A DNA stretch of 64,000 bases from Candidatus Micrarchaeota archaeon (lineage in GTDB: Archaea > Micrarchaeota > Micrarchaeia > Anstonellales > Bilamarchaeaceae). The first letter of the stretch is position 1, and each line of letters starts with the position of its first letter. The notes below the pieces were generated by a model. The model ran no database searches. It had not been told where the DNA came from and saw nothing but the letters and a program-made list of their open reading frames with translations. The DNA is taken from positions 320,001 through 384,000 of the forward strand of contig JBDRCX010000006.1 of assembly GCA_043821365.1 (NCBI GenBank). The letters are read 5' to 3'. Shown one piece after another: positions 45,905 through 54,764 of this stretch. Made by a program: the position numbers and the translations under genes.

Positions 45905-47872
45905 TCAATTGTTTGGAAGCATTTCAACAACATCATTTGCTCCTACTGTTATAAATATATCCTCATTTTCTACTACGTAATTCACTGTTGATTCATACAA
46001 ATCCCACATAGAGTCTGTATAATTTTGTGGTCTTATTCTAACTAGGTTTGCAGATAAACTTAGGTTATATGGTGGTTCAAGTGCCGTGGTTTTATCATGG
46101 TCAGTGAAATAAGTTGGCCACCAAGATGTGTACTGAGTGTAATAATTATTCTCATGCATTTTTATGTTTATGAAGATTTTATCCGCGTTTCCGGTGTATT
46201 CTGAGAGTGCAGTTTGTATTATTGATTCTGAGTTTGCATCTCCATGCATATAACCAAGATTTTCCTCGTATAATTTTATTTCAACTTGCTGTGGCCTTAC
46301 ATATAAAAATTTTTTGAACTCGCCTAATTTCGCTTCATTTTGATTAACTACACTTATTTTTGCTCCTTTTTCTGCATAAATTTTTTCAAGTACAGCATCT
46401 GTATTCCCTGCGCCAGTTGAACCGACTATAACTGGGGCATACCCTATTGTATCCTTTATGAACTGATATCCGCCTGGGTTTTGTGTATAATTTCCAGTTA
46501 CAAGATCAAGTTCATGTTCTTCATAAGCTTTAAGTACATTGTACAGCTCTGTCTGATTCATTTTCGAAAGGCCAATACTGTCAAAATCAGCGTAAGCAGG
46601 CATTGGCGGCCTGAAGTGATAACAGACTGTTGCATAATTGGAATTTTTTAGTTTTTGAACTAATTGCGGATGATTTTTCACTAAATTTTGAAATACAGCA
46701 TCGTCGATGTAAATATCAACAGGAACTTGGTATTCTTCATGTGTGTCTATTGTTTTTTCTATTACATCCGCACTTTTTTCAGGAAAAACCCAGTCGTGAA
46801 CATTGAGTACAAAAGTTACATATTTTTTTTCTGATGTCTGATTATTCTGAGTCAAACTGATGTTATTATTGATTGTATAATTGTTACTATCGCCAATATA
46901 TTCATGGTACATTTGGTTTATTGTTTTCCACTCTAATTTTCCAGTATCAATGTATTCTCGTTTTATTTTTCCAAGCCAATTTTCAAACAATACATCATTG
47001 TTTTCAACTCTATCTGCCGACCCAATACTCCATGCAAAATAAACCATACTAGTGTTATCCGTATTGGAAAGCGCAATGGCCTCGTCAATCACTTCGAAAA
47101 ACACATCAATGTCATTTTGATCAAAATCAGCCATTGCTCCTTCTGGTAGATTTCCTGCTTTTTCTTCGCTCAATGCATAAACCACGCCTTCAGATGGGAA
47201 ATAAACTAGTTTTCCTTGTTCGTCATTCTCAAGCCAGTTCAGTCCAGAAGAAACTTTCCACGGTCTTAATCTATCTTCTAATTCAGTTGGGTATGTGTCA
47301 TGGCAAACCCCAGGTGCTTTACAATATTTAAATTCGTCTGGCCGTTTGTTTTCAGGCAATGACATAACACAGTATGCCACACCCCCTGTAGTGAACCTAT
47401 AACCTGCATCTATTGCAGCCGTTACCCAATCTAATTCAGAACAAATTCCAGATACATGTTCAATCTCACTTCCAGTTAATTGTTCTGCTTTCTTTTTCAT
47501 CAAACTAATGGTTTGACCAAATTCCTGCTGGGTAAGGTTTTCCTTTTCAAGATTACCTCCAACATCAGCATGCACACCTATTGAATGCCCTCTATTTTTT
47601 AGTTCTAATAAAACATTATCATCCCAATTTTTGCATCCGTCTATGAACTCTTCGCTCACTTCAAAAGTTCCTCTGAGTCCATATGCTTCAAGAGTAGTTG
47701 CCATCTTTCTTACTGCCTCTGCATGTCTTTCAAATGAAGACTCTTCAAAAGCTTCATTGTTCCAGCCTTCAACATGGATCATTATGCCAACTTCTAGTTT
47801 GGGTTTGTTATCAATAAACGTACACCCGAATAAGAAAAGTCCGATTAAACAGATCAAAATACCTTTCTTCAT
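45905..47872 (-). CDS. Lipoprotein with two NodB/polysaccharide-deacetylase-like domains
   Basis: LFGC lipobox; IMIHVEG...IGVHAD and FVLNVHDW...VCYHFRPP metal-binding barrel motifs. Confidence 0.65.
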   Translation of the reverse strand: MKKGILICLIGLFLFGCTFIDNKPKLEVGIMIHVEGWNNEAFEESSFERHAEAVRKMATTLEAYGLRGTFEVSEEFIDGCKNWDDNVLLELKNRGHSIGVHADVGGNLEKENLTQQEFGQTISLMKKKAEQLTGSEIEHVSGICSELDWVTAAIDAGYRFTTGGVAYCVMSLPENKRPDEFKYCKAPGVCHDTYPTELEDRLRPWKVSSGLNWLENDEQGKLVYFPSEGVVYALSEEKAGNLPEGAMADFDQNDIDVFFEVIDEAIALSNTDNTSMVYFAWSIGSADRVENNDVLFENWLGKIKREYIDTGKLEWKTINQMYHEYIGDSNNYTINNNISLTQNNQTSEKKYVTFVLNVHDWVFPEKSADVIEKTIDTHEEYQVPVDIYIDDAVFQNLVKNHPQLVQKLKNSNYATVCYHFRPPMPAYADFDSIGLSKMNQTELYNVLKAYEEHELDLVTGNYTQNPGGYQFIKDTIGYAPVIVGSTGAGNTDAVLEKIYAEKGAKISVVNQNEAKLGEFKKFLYVRPQQVEIKLYEENLGYMHGDANSESIIQTALSEYTGNADKIFINIKMHENNYYTQYTSWWPTYFTDHDKTTALEPPYNLSLSANLVRIRPQNYTDSMWDLYESTVNYVVENEDIFITVGANDVVEMLPNN

Positions 47873-47884
47873 TTCATGTCCTCT

Positions 47885-48739
47885 TTATTTTTTCTGCTGA
47901 AATCCAAGTCCGTTTTTTGTTATCAGTACTGGTTCAATGCTCACTGGATGGTGGACGTTATTTGCAGCATCTTTTTGTTTTTCTATTATTTTTGTCATAA
48001 GTTCTTTGATTTTATCACTTGTTACTTTTGCATTACATAAGATTATTTCCTCAGTTGTAACTGTAAACACATAGAAGAATTCTGTTTCTCCACAAAATTT
48101 TACTAAAAAGTCAAAATATTTATTTGCAACAAGTAAAAATGAAACTGCAAGGTCATCTGGTACATTCAGTGAAAATATTCCTTCGTCTTGTTTTGTTATT
48201 TTTATTTTGCCTTCCTTCATAAATCCGTCAATTTTTCTATGAAGGTTTTCCATAATTGCAACAAAAAATTGTTTATCCGGCATTCCTATTCTTCCGAAAT
48301 CAGTGTTGCTTAGATATCTGTAACCTTGCCCAGTTTGAACACCTGAAAATATGTAAATTTCATGTTCTGGCCAATTCTTGAACATTAGTGGAAGATATCC
48401 CTGGTCCCATTCCACTCCTGCTTTTTCCGCTGCTTTTTTAAGTGCAGTCGGGTATCCAGATGCAAAATATCTGTCTTTTATTAATGGATAAATATTGTTT
48501 ATTTCTGGTTTTTCAGGCATTTTTCTCTGGTTGCCACTTGCTATAATTTGTACTATTTCTTCGACTGATTTCCCTTCTTTGTGCATTTTGAAGAAATCTG
48601 CTATCTTTATTTTTGTTTCTGCTAATCCTTCCCCTTGAATACAGAACCCATCCTCAGTATACCTTGTTAATAAGAATTTTTTCCTCTCAAATACTGTTAG
48701 CAATTCAGCTTCAAATTTGTCTATCTCTAAATCGTCCAT
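47885..48739 (-). CDS. Hypothetical protein, possibly DUF1444-like
   Basis: NIYPLIK...YRYLSNTDF...AIMENL pattern; tentative. Confidence 0.5.
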   Translation of the reverse strand: MDDLEIDKFEAELLTVFERKKFLLTRYTEDGFCIQGEGLAETKIKIADFFKMHKEGKSVEEIVQIIASGNQRKMPEKPEINNIYPLIKDRYFASGYPTALKKAAEKAGVEWDQGYLPLMFKNWPEHEIYIFSGVQTGQGYRYLSNTDFGRIGMPDKQFFVAIMENLHRKIDGFMKEGKIKITKQDEGIFSLNVPDDLAVSFLLVANKYFDFLVKFCGETEFFYVFTVTTEEIILCNAKVTSDKIKELMTKIIEKQKDAANNVHHPVSIEPVLITKNGLGFQQKK

Positions 48740-48801
48740 GTATTATTCTTTTGGTCTTACTTTTAAAATCTTATGAGGAATAATATGAATTCTAGTTTCT
48801 A

Positions 48802-48881
48802 GTCAAAATCGCTTTGCGATTTTAACAAGTACTTGAAACCGAGTTTCAAGTTTCGCGAAAATTCCACTGAATTTTCACGAT
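48802..48881 (+). ncRNA. Conserved three-hairpin tRNA 5' leader, copy 2
   Basis: Homologous to 7211-7294 with compensated stems. Confidence 0.8.
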
Positions 48882-49094
48882 GCTGGGGTCGCCTAGTCCG
48901 GTAGGGCGGCAGGTTGCTATGCGCTTTTTGGAAAAAGCGCCCAAAAACAGATTGTTGAAACTGCTTCGCAGTTTGGGTGTTATCATACAAGAAGCGTGTC
49001 CAAAAACTTAACGAAAAAGTTTTGATCCAACTTTTTCCAAAAGTTGGAAACCTGTTGCGCATTGCGTTCAGGAGTTCAAATCTCCTCCCCGGCG
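48882..49094 (+). tRNA. tRNA-Ser(GCT) with 130-nt multi-hairpin 37/38 intron (48920-49049)
   Basis: GCTGGGG/CCCCGGC-G acceptor; GCAGG-TTGCTA|A-CCTGT anticodon arm; long variable arm; terminal BHB helix is weak. Confidence 0.88.
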
Positions 49095-49153
49095 AACGAA
49101 GTGAGCTGGGGGGAGTTTTGTTCGGTTCGCCGAACAATCATTCCTCCCCGGCG
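49083..49153 (+). repeat. Duplicated tRNA-Ser 3' end enclosing a two-hairpin insert
   Basis: TCCTCCCCGGCG at 49083-49094 and 49142-49153, followed by a T-run. Confidence 0.85.
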
Positions 49154-49255
49154 TTTTTATTATTTACATTTAGGGTAACAAGTCCAATTCTAATAAATAG
49201 CTCAAAATCTTAATTAGCGTTTATCAATTCCTTTATTATCCTTAGTCTACAACAT

Positions 49256-49882
49256 ATGTATGTGAGAAGAAAACCAATAAGCCAAGATCATGTTGCAGAA
49301 GGGCCTAGCTTTCGCAGATTAGAACGAATTCTTGGGTCAGAACCAGCAAGAGCCTTACGGGAAAAGGATGCTGTTTTTTTAGGTCAGCTTATGCCGATAA
49401 TTGGTAAAAACCTCAAAGGAAAGAAAATCCTTGAAATTGGTCCTGGTCATGGTTTCTTTGTTGAACTTCTTAGAGATCTTGGTGCAGACGCCTATGGCAT
49501 TGATTCTGATATCAATTCCTTCTACCACTACAATAATGCACTTTTTCAAGAATCAATCATTCGTTATGGGGATGCAAGCAACATCAGTGAAAAATTCCCA
49601 AATGAGCAATTTGATTATATTGTTTCAAATGCAGTACTGTGTCGTGAAGGTTTGGTATCATCTTTACACACTGTGAATCCTGACACTGGCAAATACTTTT
49701 CTGCAGAAGAAATGGCCAATAATATACACCGGTCAGTTTTTGAAAGTTTAAAACCAGGCGGAATTACATTCCATTCAACTGCAGAACCCATTCTAGGAAA
49801 TGAACAAACGCTGCAAGATATTGGATATGTAATTCTTTGTAGGACAAAAAACAATCTCATTCTACAAAAACCTGCAAATTGA
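49256..49882 (+). CDS. Class I SAM-dependent methyltransferase
   Basis: KILEIGPGHG, YGIDSD, FDYIV and SLKPGG motifs. Confidence 0.9.
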   Translation: MYVRRKPISQDHVAEGPSFRRLERILGSEPARALREKDAVFLGQLMPIIGKNLKGKKILEIGPGHGFFVELLRDLGADAYGIDSDINSFYHYNNALFQESIIRYGDASNISEKFPNEQFDYIVSNAVLCREGLVSSLHTVNPDTGKYFSAEEMANNIHRSVFESLKPGGITFHSTAEPILGNEQTLQDIGYVILCRTKNNLILQKPAN

Positions 49883-49886
49883 AAAA

Positions 49887-50360
49887 TCAACCTCCGCATC
49901 CTCCACAACCGCCTCCACATGTTCCACCTGTTATTGGTGCAGATTCAACAATTGGAGCATTGCCATTTTGATCTTCTACAATTAATTTTCCACCACCCAT
50001 ACCCATGGTGCAAGTGATGCTATATGTCCCTGGTTTATCTGCAACAAATTCAATTATGTTGTCACCAGGCACCATTCTTTTTGTGATTCCATAACCCCCA
50101 ATCACTACTGTTTGCATACACCCTCTAAGTGTGTTTGTATCGCCGATTATGGTGAGTTTTGTTCCAACTGTTGTTCTGATTTCCTTTGGTGTGTAGTATC
50201 CATTTGATCCATATCCAAGGGTTATGGTTTGATTACCAGTTACAACCAGGGGTGTGCTGTTTGTGGTTCCTTCTGATTGTGATGATCCAGAAGTTGCATA
50301 TATCCCACCTATCGTTATCAACACCACTAAAATTCCAATCGCAATAATACTTTTATCCAT
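49887..50360 (-). CDS. Membrane-anchored cupredoxin-like protein
   Basis: PGTYSITCTMGM; C-terminal GGTCGGGCGGCGG. Confidence 0.8.
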   Translation of the reverse strand: MDKSIIAIGILVVLITIGGIYATSGSSQSEGTTNSTPLVVTGNQTITLGYGSNGYYTPKEIRTTVGTKLTIIGDTNTLRGCMQTVVIGGYGITKRMVPGDNIIEFVADKPGTYSITCTMGMGGGKLIVEDQNGNAPIVESAPITGGTCGGGCGGCGG

Positions 50361-50371
50361 AATTTCATCTC

Positions 50372-52510
50372 CTATAATTTTAACCATTTTAGTGTCAATG
50401 CACTTGTGACAACTGAAACACTTGACAGAGCCATCGCACCACCTGCGATTATTGGCGAAAGTAAAATGCCATATGCAGGGTAAAGTAGACCAGCAGCAAT
50501 AGGTATTCCAAGAATGTTGTAAAACAATGCCCAGAACATATTCTGCTTTATTTTGTTTATCGTCGCACGTCCAAGTTTTATTGCTCTCACAACATCCATT
50601 GGATCGCTTCTCATTAATACAACAGATCCAGTTTCCATTGCAACATCTGTTCCACTTCCAATTGCAATTCCAATATCAGACTGGGCAAGAGCTGGCGCAT
50701 CATTTATACCATCACCTACCATCGCAACTGTTTTTCCATCTTCCTGTAATTGTTTCACATATTTTGCTTTATCCTGAGGAAGAACCTCTGCAAATACTTT
50801 TTCTATTCCTGCCGTGTGCGCTATTGCTTCTGCTGTTCTCTTGTTGTCACCTGTTATTAGCCATGGGTCTATTCCAAGTTTTCTAAGTTCTTTTATTGCA
50901 TGGACACTTGTTGATCTAAGGGTGTCAGCAACTCCGAAAATTGCAACTAATCTGTTATTTGCTTTCAATATCATTACTGTTTTTCCTTCATTCTGTAGTT
51001 TTGAAACAACATCCATCTCTTTTTCTGGTTTGCCAAGATAAATCGTTGCCCTTCCTATCTTTCCTTCAACACCATGTCCTGGTATTGCTTTGAACTTTGT
51101 AAGCTTCAAAAGTTTTGCTCCATTGTTTTTTGCATATTCAACTATTGCATCTGCCAATGGATGCTCTGAATTTTTTTCAACAGAATATGCCATACTAAGA
51201 GCTTCCATTTCATCGAATTTTCCAATCAGTTTGAAATCAGTTACTTTTGGTTTTCCCTCAGTTATGGTGCCAGTTTTATCAAATATTATTGCATTTATCT
51301 TATGCATGGTTTCAAGTGCTTCTGCATTCTTTATCAGAATCCCTTTCTGTGCACCTATACCAGTTCCAACCATAATTGCAGTTGGAGTGGCAAGTCCAAG
51401 TGCGCATGGGCAGGCTATGACTAATACAGAGACTGCAGCAACTAATGCAAATGATATTGTCTGACCTACAAGATACCAAATTGCAAATGTTGCTATTGCT
51501 ATAATTATAACTATCGGAACGAAAACTGCACTTATAGTATCTGCAAATCTTTGTATGTCAGCTTTGCTTCCTTGTGCGTCTTCTACTAATTTGACTATCT
51601 GTGCCAATACTGTGTTTTGGCCTATTTTCTCTGCTTTAAATTTGAAGGAACCGTGTTTGTTTATTGATCCACCAATTACTTTTGATTTTATATTTTTCTC
51701 TATTGGTATGCTCTCCCCTGTTATCATACTTTCATCAACGGCAGAGTTTCCTTCAATAATAGTCCCATCAACTGGGATTTTTTCACCTGGTTTTACTATG
51801 ATTATGTCCCCTACAATAACGTCTGCAATTGGTATCTCCATCTCTTTTTTATTTCTCAATACAATGGCTGTTTTCGGACTCAATCCCATTAGTTTTCTGA
51901 TTGCATCAGAGGTTTTTCCTTTTGCCACTGCTTCCAAATATTTTCCAAGAATAACAAGTGTAATAAGCACGGCAGCAGTCTCGAAATACTGTTCTTCAAC
52001 AAATCCAAGTATTGCAGCTACACTGTAAAAATAAGCAGCGCTGGTTCCTACTGCTATCAAGGTGTCCATACTTGCTGTTTTATTTTTTAATGCACTCCAT
52101 GCACCTAAATAGAATCCCTTTCCAGCTATGAATTGAACTGGCGTGGTTAGTATAAATAATATCAACATTTGATATGGAATATCCATGAAAAACATTCCGA
52201 TTATGAATGCAGGAACTGCTAAGATCGCACTAAAAATTAATAATTTTTTCAAGTCTGCTATTTCTTTTTCTCTGAGTTTTTTTTCGTGTTCATGATCAAC
52301 ACCAATGGTTGCATCATAGCCCTTTGATTGTATTACTTTTACCAATGAGTTCTCGTTTGTTTTATCTTCATCAAATTCTACCATTGCTTTTCCAGCAGCA
52401 TAATTTACGTTGGCAGATTTTACTCCATCCGATTTTTGCAATGCTCGTGTGAGTAATGCAGAACATGAAGCACAATGCATTCCATTTACTGATAGTTCAA
52501 TCCTCTTCAT
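50372..52510 (-). CDS. copA: Cu(I)-translocating P1B ATPase
   Basis: GMHCASC HMA domain, TGES, CPC, DKTGT and GDGINDAPAL; YN and MALSS motifs. Confidence 0.96.
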   Translation of the reverse strand: MKRIELSVNGMHCASCSALLTRALQKSDGVKSANVNYAAGKAMVEFDEDKTNENSLVKVIQSKGYDATIGVDHEHEKKLREKEIADLKKLLIFSAILAVPAFIIGMFFMDIPYQMLILFILTTPVQFIAGKGFYLGAWSALKNKTASMDTLIAVGTSAAYFYSVAAILGFVEEQYFETAAVLITLVILGKYLEAVAKGKTSDAIRKLMGLSPKTAIVLRNKKEMEIPIADVIVGDIIIVKPGEKIPVDGTIIEGNSAVDESMITGESIPIEKNIKSKVIGGSINKHGSFKFKAEKIGQNTVLAQIVKLVEDAQGSKADIQRFADTISAVFVPIVIIIAIATFAIWYLVGQTISFALVAAVSVLVIACPCALGLATPTAIMVGTGIGAQKGILIKNAEALETMHKINAIIFDKTGTITEGKPKVTDFKLIGKFDEMEALSMAYSVEKNSEHPLADAIVEYAKNNGAKLLKLTKFKAIPGHGVEGKIGRATIYLGKPEKEMDVVSKLQNEGKTVMILKANNRLVAIFGVADTLRSTSVHAIKELRKLGIDPWLITGDNKRTAEAIAHTAGIEKVFAEVLPQDKAKYVKQLQEDGKTVAMVGDGINDAPALAQSDIGIAIGSGTDVAMETGSVVLMRSDPMDVVRAIKLGRATINKIKQNMFWALFYNILGIPIAAGLLYPAYGILLSPIIAGGAMALSSVSVVTSALTLKWLKL

Positions 52511-52518
52511 TTGTTCAC

Positions 52519-53448
52519 CTATGCGTATATCAGACCGTTTTTCGGACCATACATCATTATCAGTACCATCAAGCTCGCTACAATAACAGCAACAAGAAAG
52601 AATTCCGTGAATTTTACTTTGAATTCATTTGCTGGTGTTTCTCCTGCTTCTCTGTGCATCATGTAGCTTAAGCTACCTACCATCACTGCGCACAATCCGA
52701 AAAGAATATACAAGAACAATATCAGGTTGTCAGTTATCATCATGACTGAGAGCATCGCACCCATGGTTCCTGCCATTATACCTGCCATAATTCCTTCCAT
52801 CGCACCCATAATCCCAGAGTGCCGTCCTAATGCAAGTCCTGGTGCTATTCCAAGTGCCATCCCAACAACGGAACCAATAAACATCCCATTTGTTGCTCCT
52901 GCTAATGCACCTGCTAGAAATCCACTCATCATCCCAAGTGTCATACCAACCATCATACCATTAGCACAGGTTAGGTTTCTCCAATAACATCGTATGTGGT
53001 AATATGACGTAAGTGTCATGAGTACCCCCCCACCAAGAAGTATAAAAAGAGGTAGGTACGGTCTAACTAACTGGAGACTAGTTGGATAAATAATGAACAT
53101 AATAATGGACAAAATCAACATAAGTGCCCCAGATCCAATGGCATACTCTGATAAACGTGATTCAACTATGGTCTGTGGTTTACCCGCTAGGATGTTTTTC
53201 AAGTATTCGACTACTCTTTTGAATTGTCCTCTATTGTAATCACGAGCTTCTTTTTCTGGAAATCCTTTTTCTGCAAGTTTTTGTTTTATTTCAGGTAGCT
53301 GTTCATCACTACATCTAATTATTACTCTTCCATTTGTTGCATCTATGTCCACTATTTCACTACCATTCTGAGTTACTGTTCTCTCTATTAATGTTTCACA
53401 TGCTCCACATGTCATTCCTTTCAATTCGAGTTTATGTTCTTTTGACAT
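52519..53448 (-). CDS. HMA-domain plus Gly/Met-rich multi-TM protein
   Basis: GMTCGAC, then TM helices with GMMVGMTLGMMSG and GAMEGIMAGIMAGTMGAM. Confidence 0.8.
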   Translation of the reverse strand: MSKEHKLELKGMTCGACETLIERTVTQNGSEIVDIDATNGRVIIRCSDEQLPEIKQKLAEKGFPEKEARDYNRGQFKRVVEYLKNILAGKPQTIVESRLSEYAIGSGALMLILSIIMFIIYPTSLQLVRPYLPLFILLGGGVLMTLTSYYHIRCYWRNLTCANGMMVGMTLGMMSGFLAGALAGATNGMFIGSVVGMALGIAPGLALGRHSGIMGAMEGIMAGIMAGTMGAMLSVMMITDNLILFLYILFGLCAVMVGSLSYMMHREAGETPANEFKVKFTEFFLVAVIVASLMVLIMMYGPKNGLIYA

Positions 53449-53648
53449 TACAACACCACATATCCTTCGTTTGCTATTGCTTTCCTTACTTCTGTTTCTA
53501 CTGATTCATTAGCACAAGTAAATTTTACTGATCCATTTTTCTCACTCACCTCTACATTACTCACCCCGTCTATTTCTGATAATACATCCGTCAACAACAT
53601 CTCACATGATTTACAATGCATTCCATTTACTTTCAATTTTTGTTCCAT
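53448..53648 (-). CDS. copZ: Copper chaperone (CopZ-like)
   Basis: GMHCKSC in a 66-aa HMA domain. Confidence 0.9.
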   Translation of the reverse strand: MEQKLKVNGMHCKSCEMLLTDVLSEIDGVSNVEVSEKNGSVKFTCANESVETEVRKAIANEGYVVL

Positions 53649-53693
53649 TTTTTCACCTTATCTAAATATGATTTCAATCAAGTAATCACACAT

Positions 53694-54143
53694 CTACTGT
53701 ACTATCAATTTTCCAGGACTCCACATCCTCATCCCACAGTTGTATTCATAGGTTCCTGGTTTGGTTGGAGTAAATTCTATAATCCCTTCCTGGCCATTTT
53801 TTGATACTGTCTGCAAATTCAATCCATATATGTAAAGTACTGCTCCACAGCCCACATATGGTTCAGTAGTAAAATGTATTCTGACAAGATTGCCTGATTT
53901 AACAACAACTTCACTTTTGTCATATGTTCCATCTGCTTTTGCTTTGATGTAAACATCCTGTGCCTGTTGTGATTGGCTAACTACTGGTAAGCTTTGGGTT
54001 GTTTGGCTATCCGCTACCGAATTCGATATATCACTCGGTACCGAGGCAGCGCCAAATACCATATAACCGCCTACTAGGAGCATAATCACCAAACCAACGA
54101 AAGAGTATATCGTTGTTTTTTCAATTTTAATTTCATCATCCAT
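53694..54143 (-). CDS. Membrane-anchored cupredoxin-like protein
   Basis: N-terminal TM; VGCG; PGTYEYNCGMRM. Confidence 0.85.
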   Translation of the reverse strand: MDDEIKIEKTTIYSFVGLVIMLLVGGYMVFGAASVPSDISNSVADSQTTQSLPVVSQSQQAQDVYIKAKADGTYDKSEVVVKSGNLVRIHFTTEPYVGCGAVLYIYGLNLQTVSKNGQEGIIEFTPTKPGTYEYNCGMRMWSPGKLIVQ

Positions 54144-54144
54144 G

Positions 54145-54188
54145 TTGTTTCATTTGGCTGAAACAATATATATTAAATAATGAAACAA
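54145..54188. promoter_or_regulatory. Candidate copper-operon operator
   Basis: Perfect TTGTTTCA-N6-TGAAACAA (54145-54166) between TATA-like element and ATG; third half-site at 54181-54188. Confidence 0.6.
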
Positions 54189-54202
54189 TCATTTTCCACC
54201 TT

Positions 54203-54278
54203 ATGACAAGAATGTAAAACATTCTTGACTGTCGCGAACCAACGCGGCAGATTTCTCAAAAAGAGGTTCGCTCCATGG
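54203..54278 (+). mobile_element. ATG-bounded two-hairpin insertion element, copy 2 (at start of wHTH gene)
   Basis: ATG-A-[CAAGAATGT/ACATTCTTG]-ACTGTC-[GCGAACC...GGTTCGC]-TCC-ATGG; ATGs at 54203 and 54275 are 72 nt apart. Confidence 0.75.
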
Positions 54279-54754
54279 AGATCAGAAAAAAGATCATATT
54301 AGGTCTAGTAACTGTAGCTATTTTTATCTTCCTAACGACTGTGTTAGCATTTGTATTTGCACTTTATTCTCAAGGACAAGAAGTACCAGAAATACTAAAT
54401 CCATTCATTCACTTTCATATTGAATTTATGATCCTAATGGGTGTTTTTGGTTTGCTCTCTGGTCTTATTGTTTACAGTATAATGTCACAAACTTTGGAAA
54501 AACAAAAACAGATTGTCAAAACAAATACTGGGATAATAATGAAATTCTTGAGTGGTGACGAGCGTGAAATTCTTCAGCTTTTATTAACTAAAGATGGAAT
54601 GACAACCCAAAGTGAAATTGCCAAACTCCCTGGTATGAGCCGTCTCAAAGCGCATCGTATTGTAAAAAAACTGGAGACTCGAGGAATTATATACATTGAA
54701 AAATATGGTAAAATCAACATGATTAGAATTGTTAATGAATTAAAAGAAATTTAA
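54275..54754 (+). CDS. Two-TM membrane-tethered winged-HTH regulator
   Basis: Two TM helices, then LSGDEREIL...TQSEIAKLPGMSRLKAHRIVKKLETRGII. Confidence 0.85.
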   Translation: MEIRKKIILGLVTVAIFIFLTTVLAFVFALYSQGQEVPEILNPFIHFHIEFMILMGVFGLLSGLIVYSIMSQTLEKQKQIVKTNTGIIMKFLSGDEREILQLLLTKDGMTTQSEIAKLPGMSRLKAHRIVKKLETRGIIYIEKYGKINMIRIVNELKEI

Positions 54755-54764
54755 ACTCAGAAAA

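Noticed and set aside
48802-49153. Possible CRISPR array or integron cassette array
   Set aside because: No constant repeat with regular spacing and no cas or integrase gene in the window; the hairpins differ in sequence and size
48799-49213. ORFs 48799-49137 (-) and 48977-49213 (+)
   Set aside because: Overlap the tRNA-Ser locus; explained by the RNA gene and hairpins
49095-54760. Copper locus as an integrated island at tRNA-Ser
   Set aside because: The duplicated tRNA end is only 59 nt downstream; no distal att copy or integrase was seen
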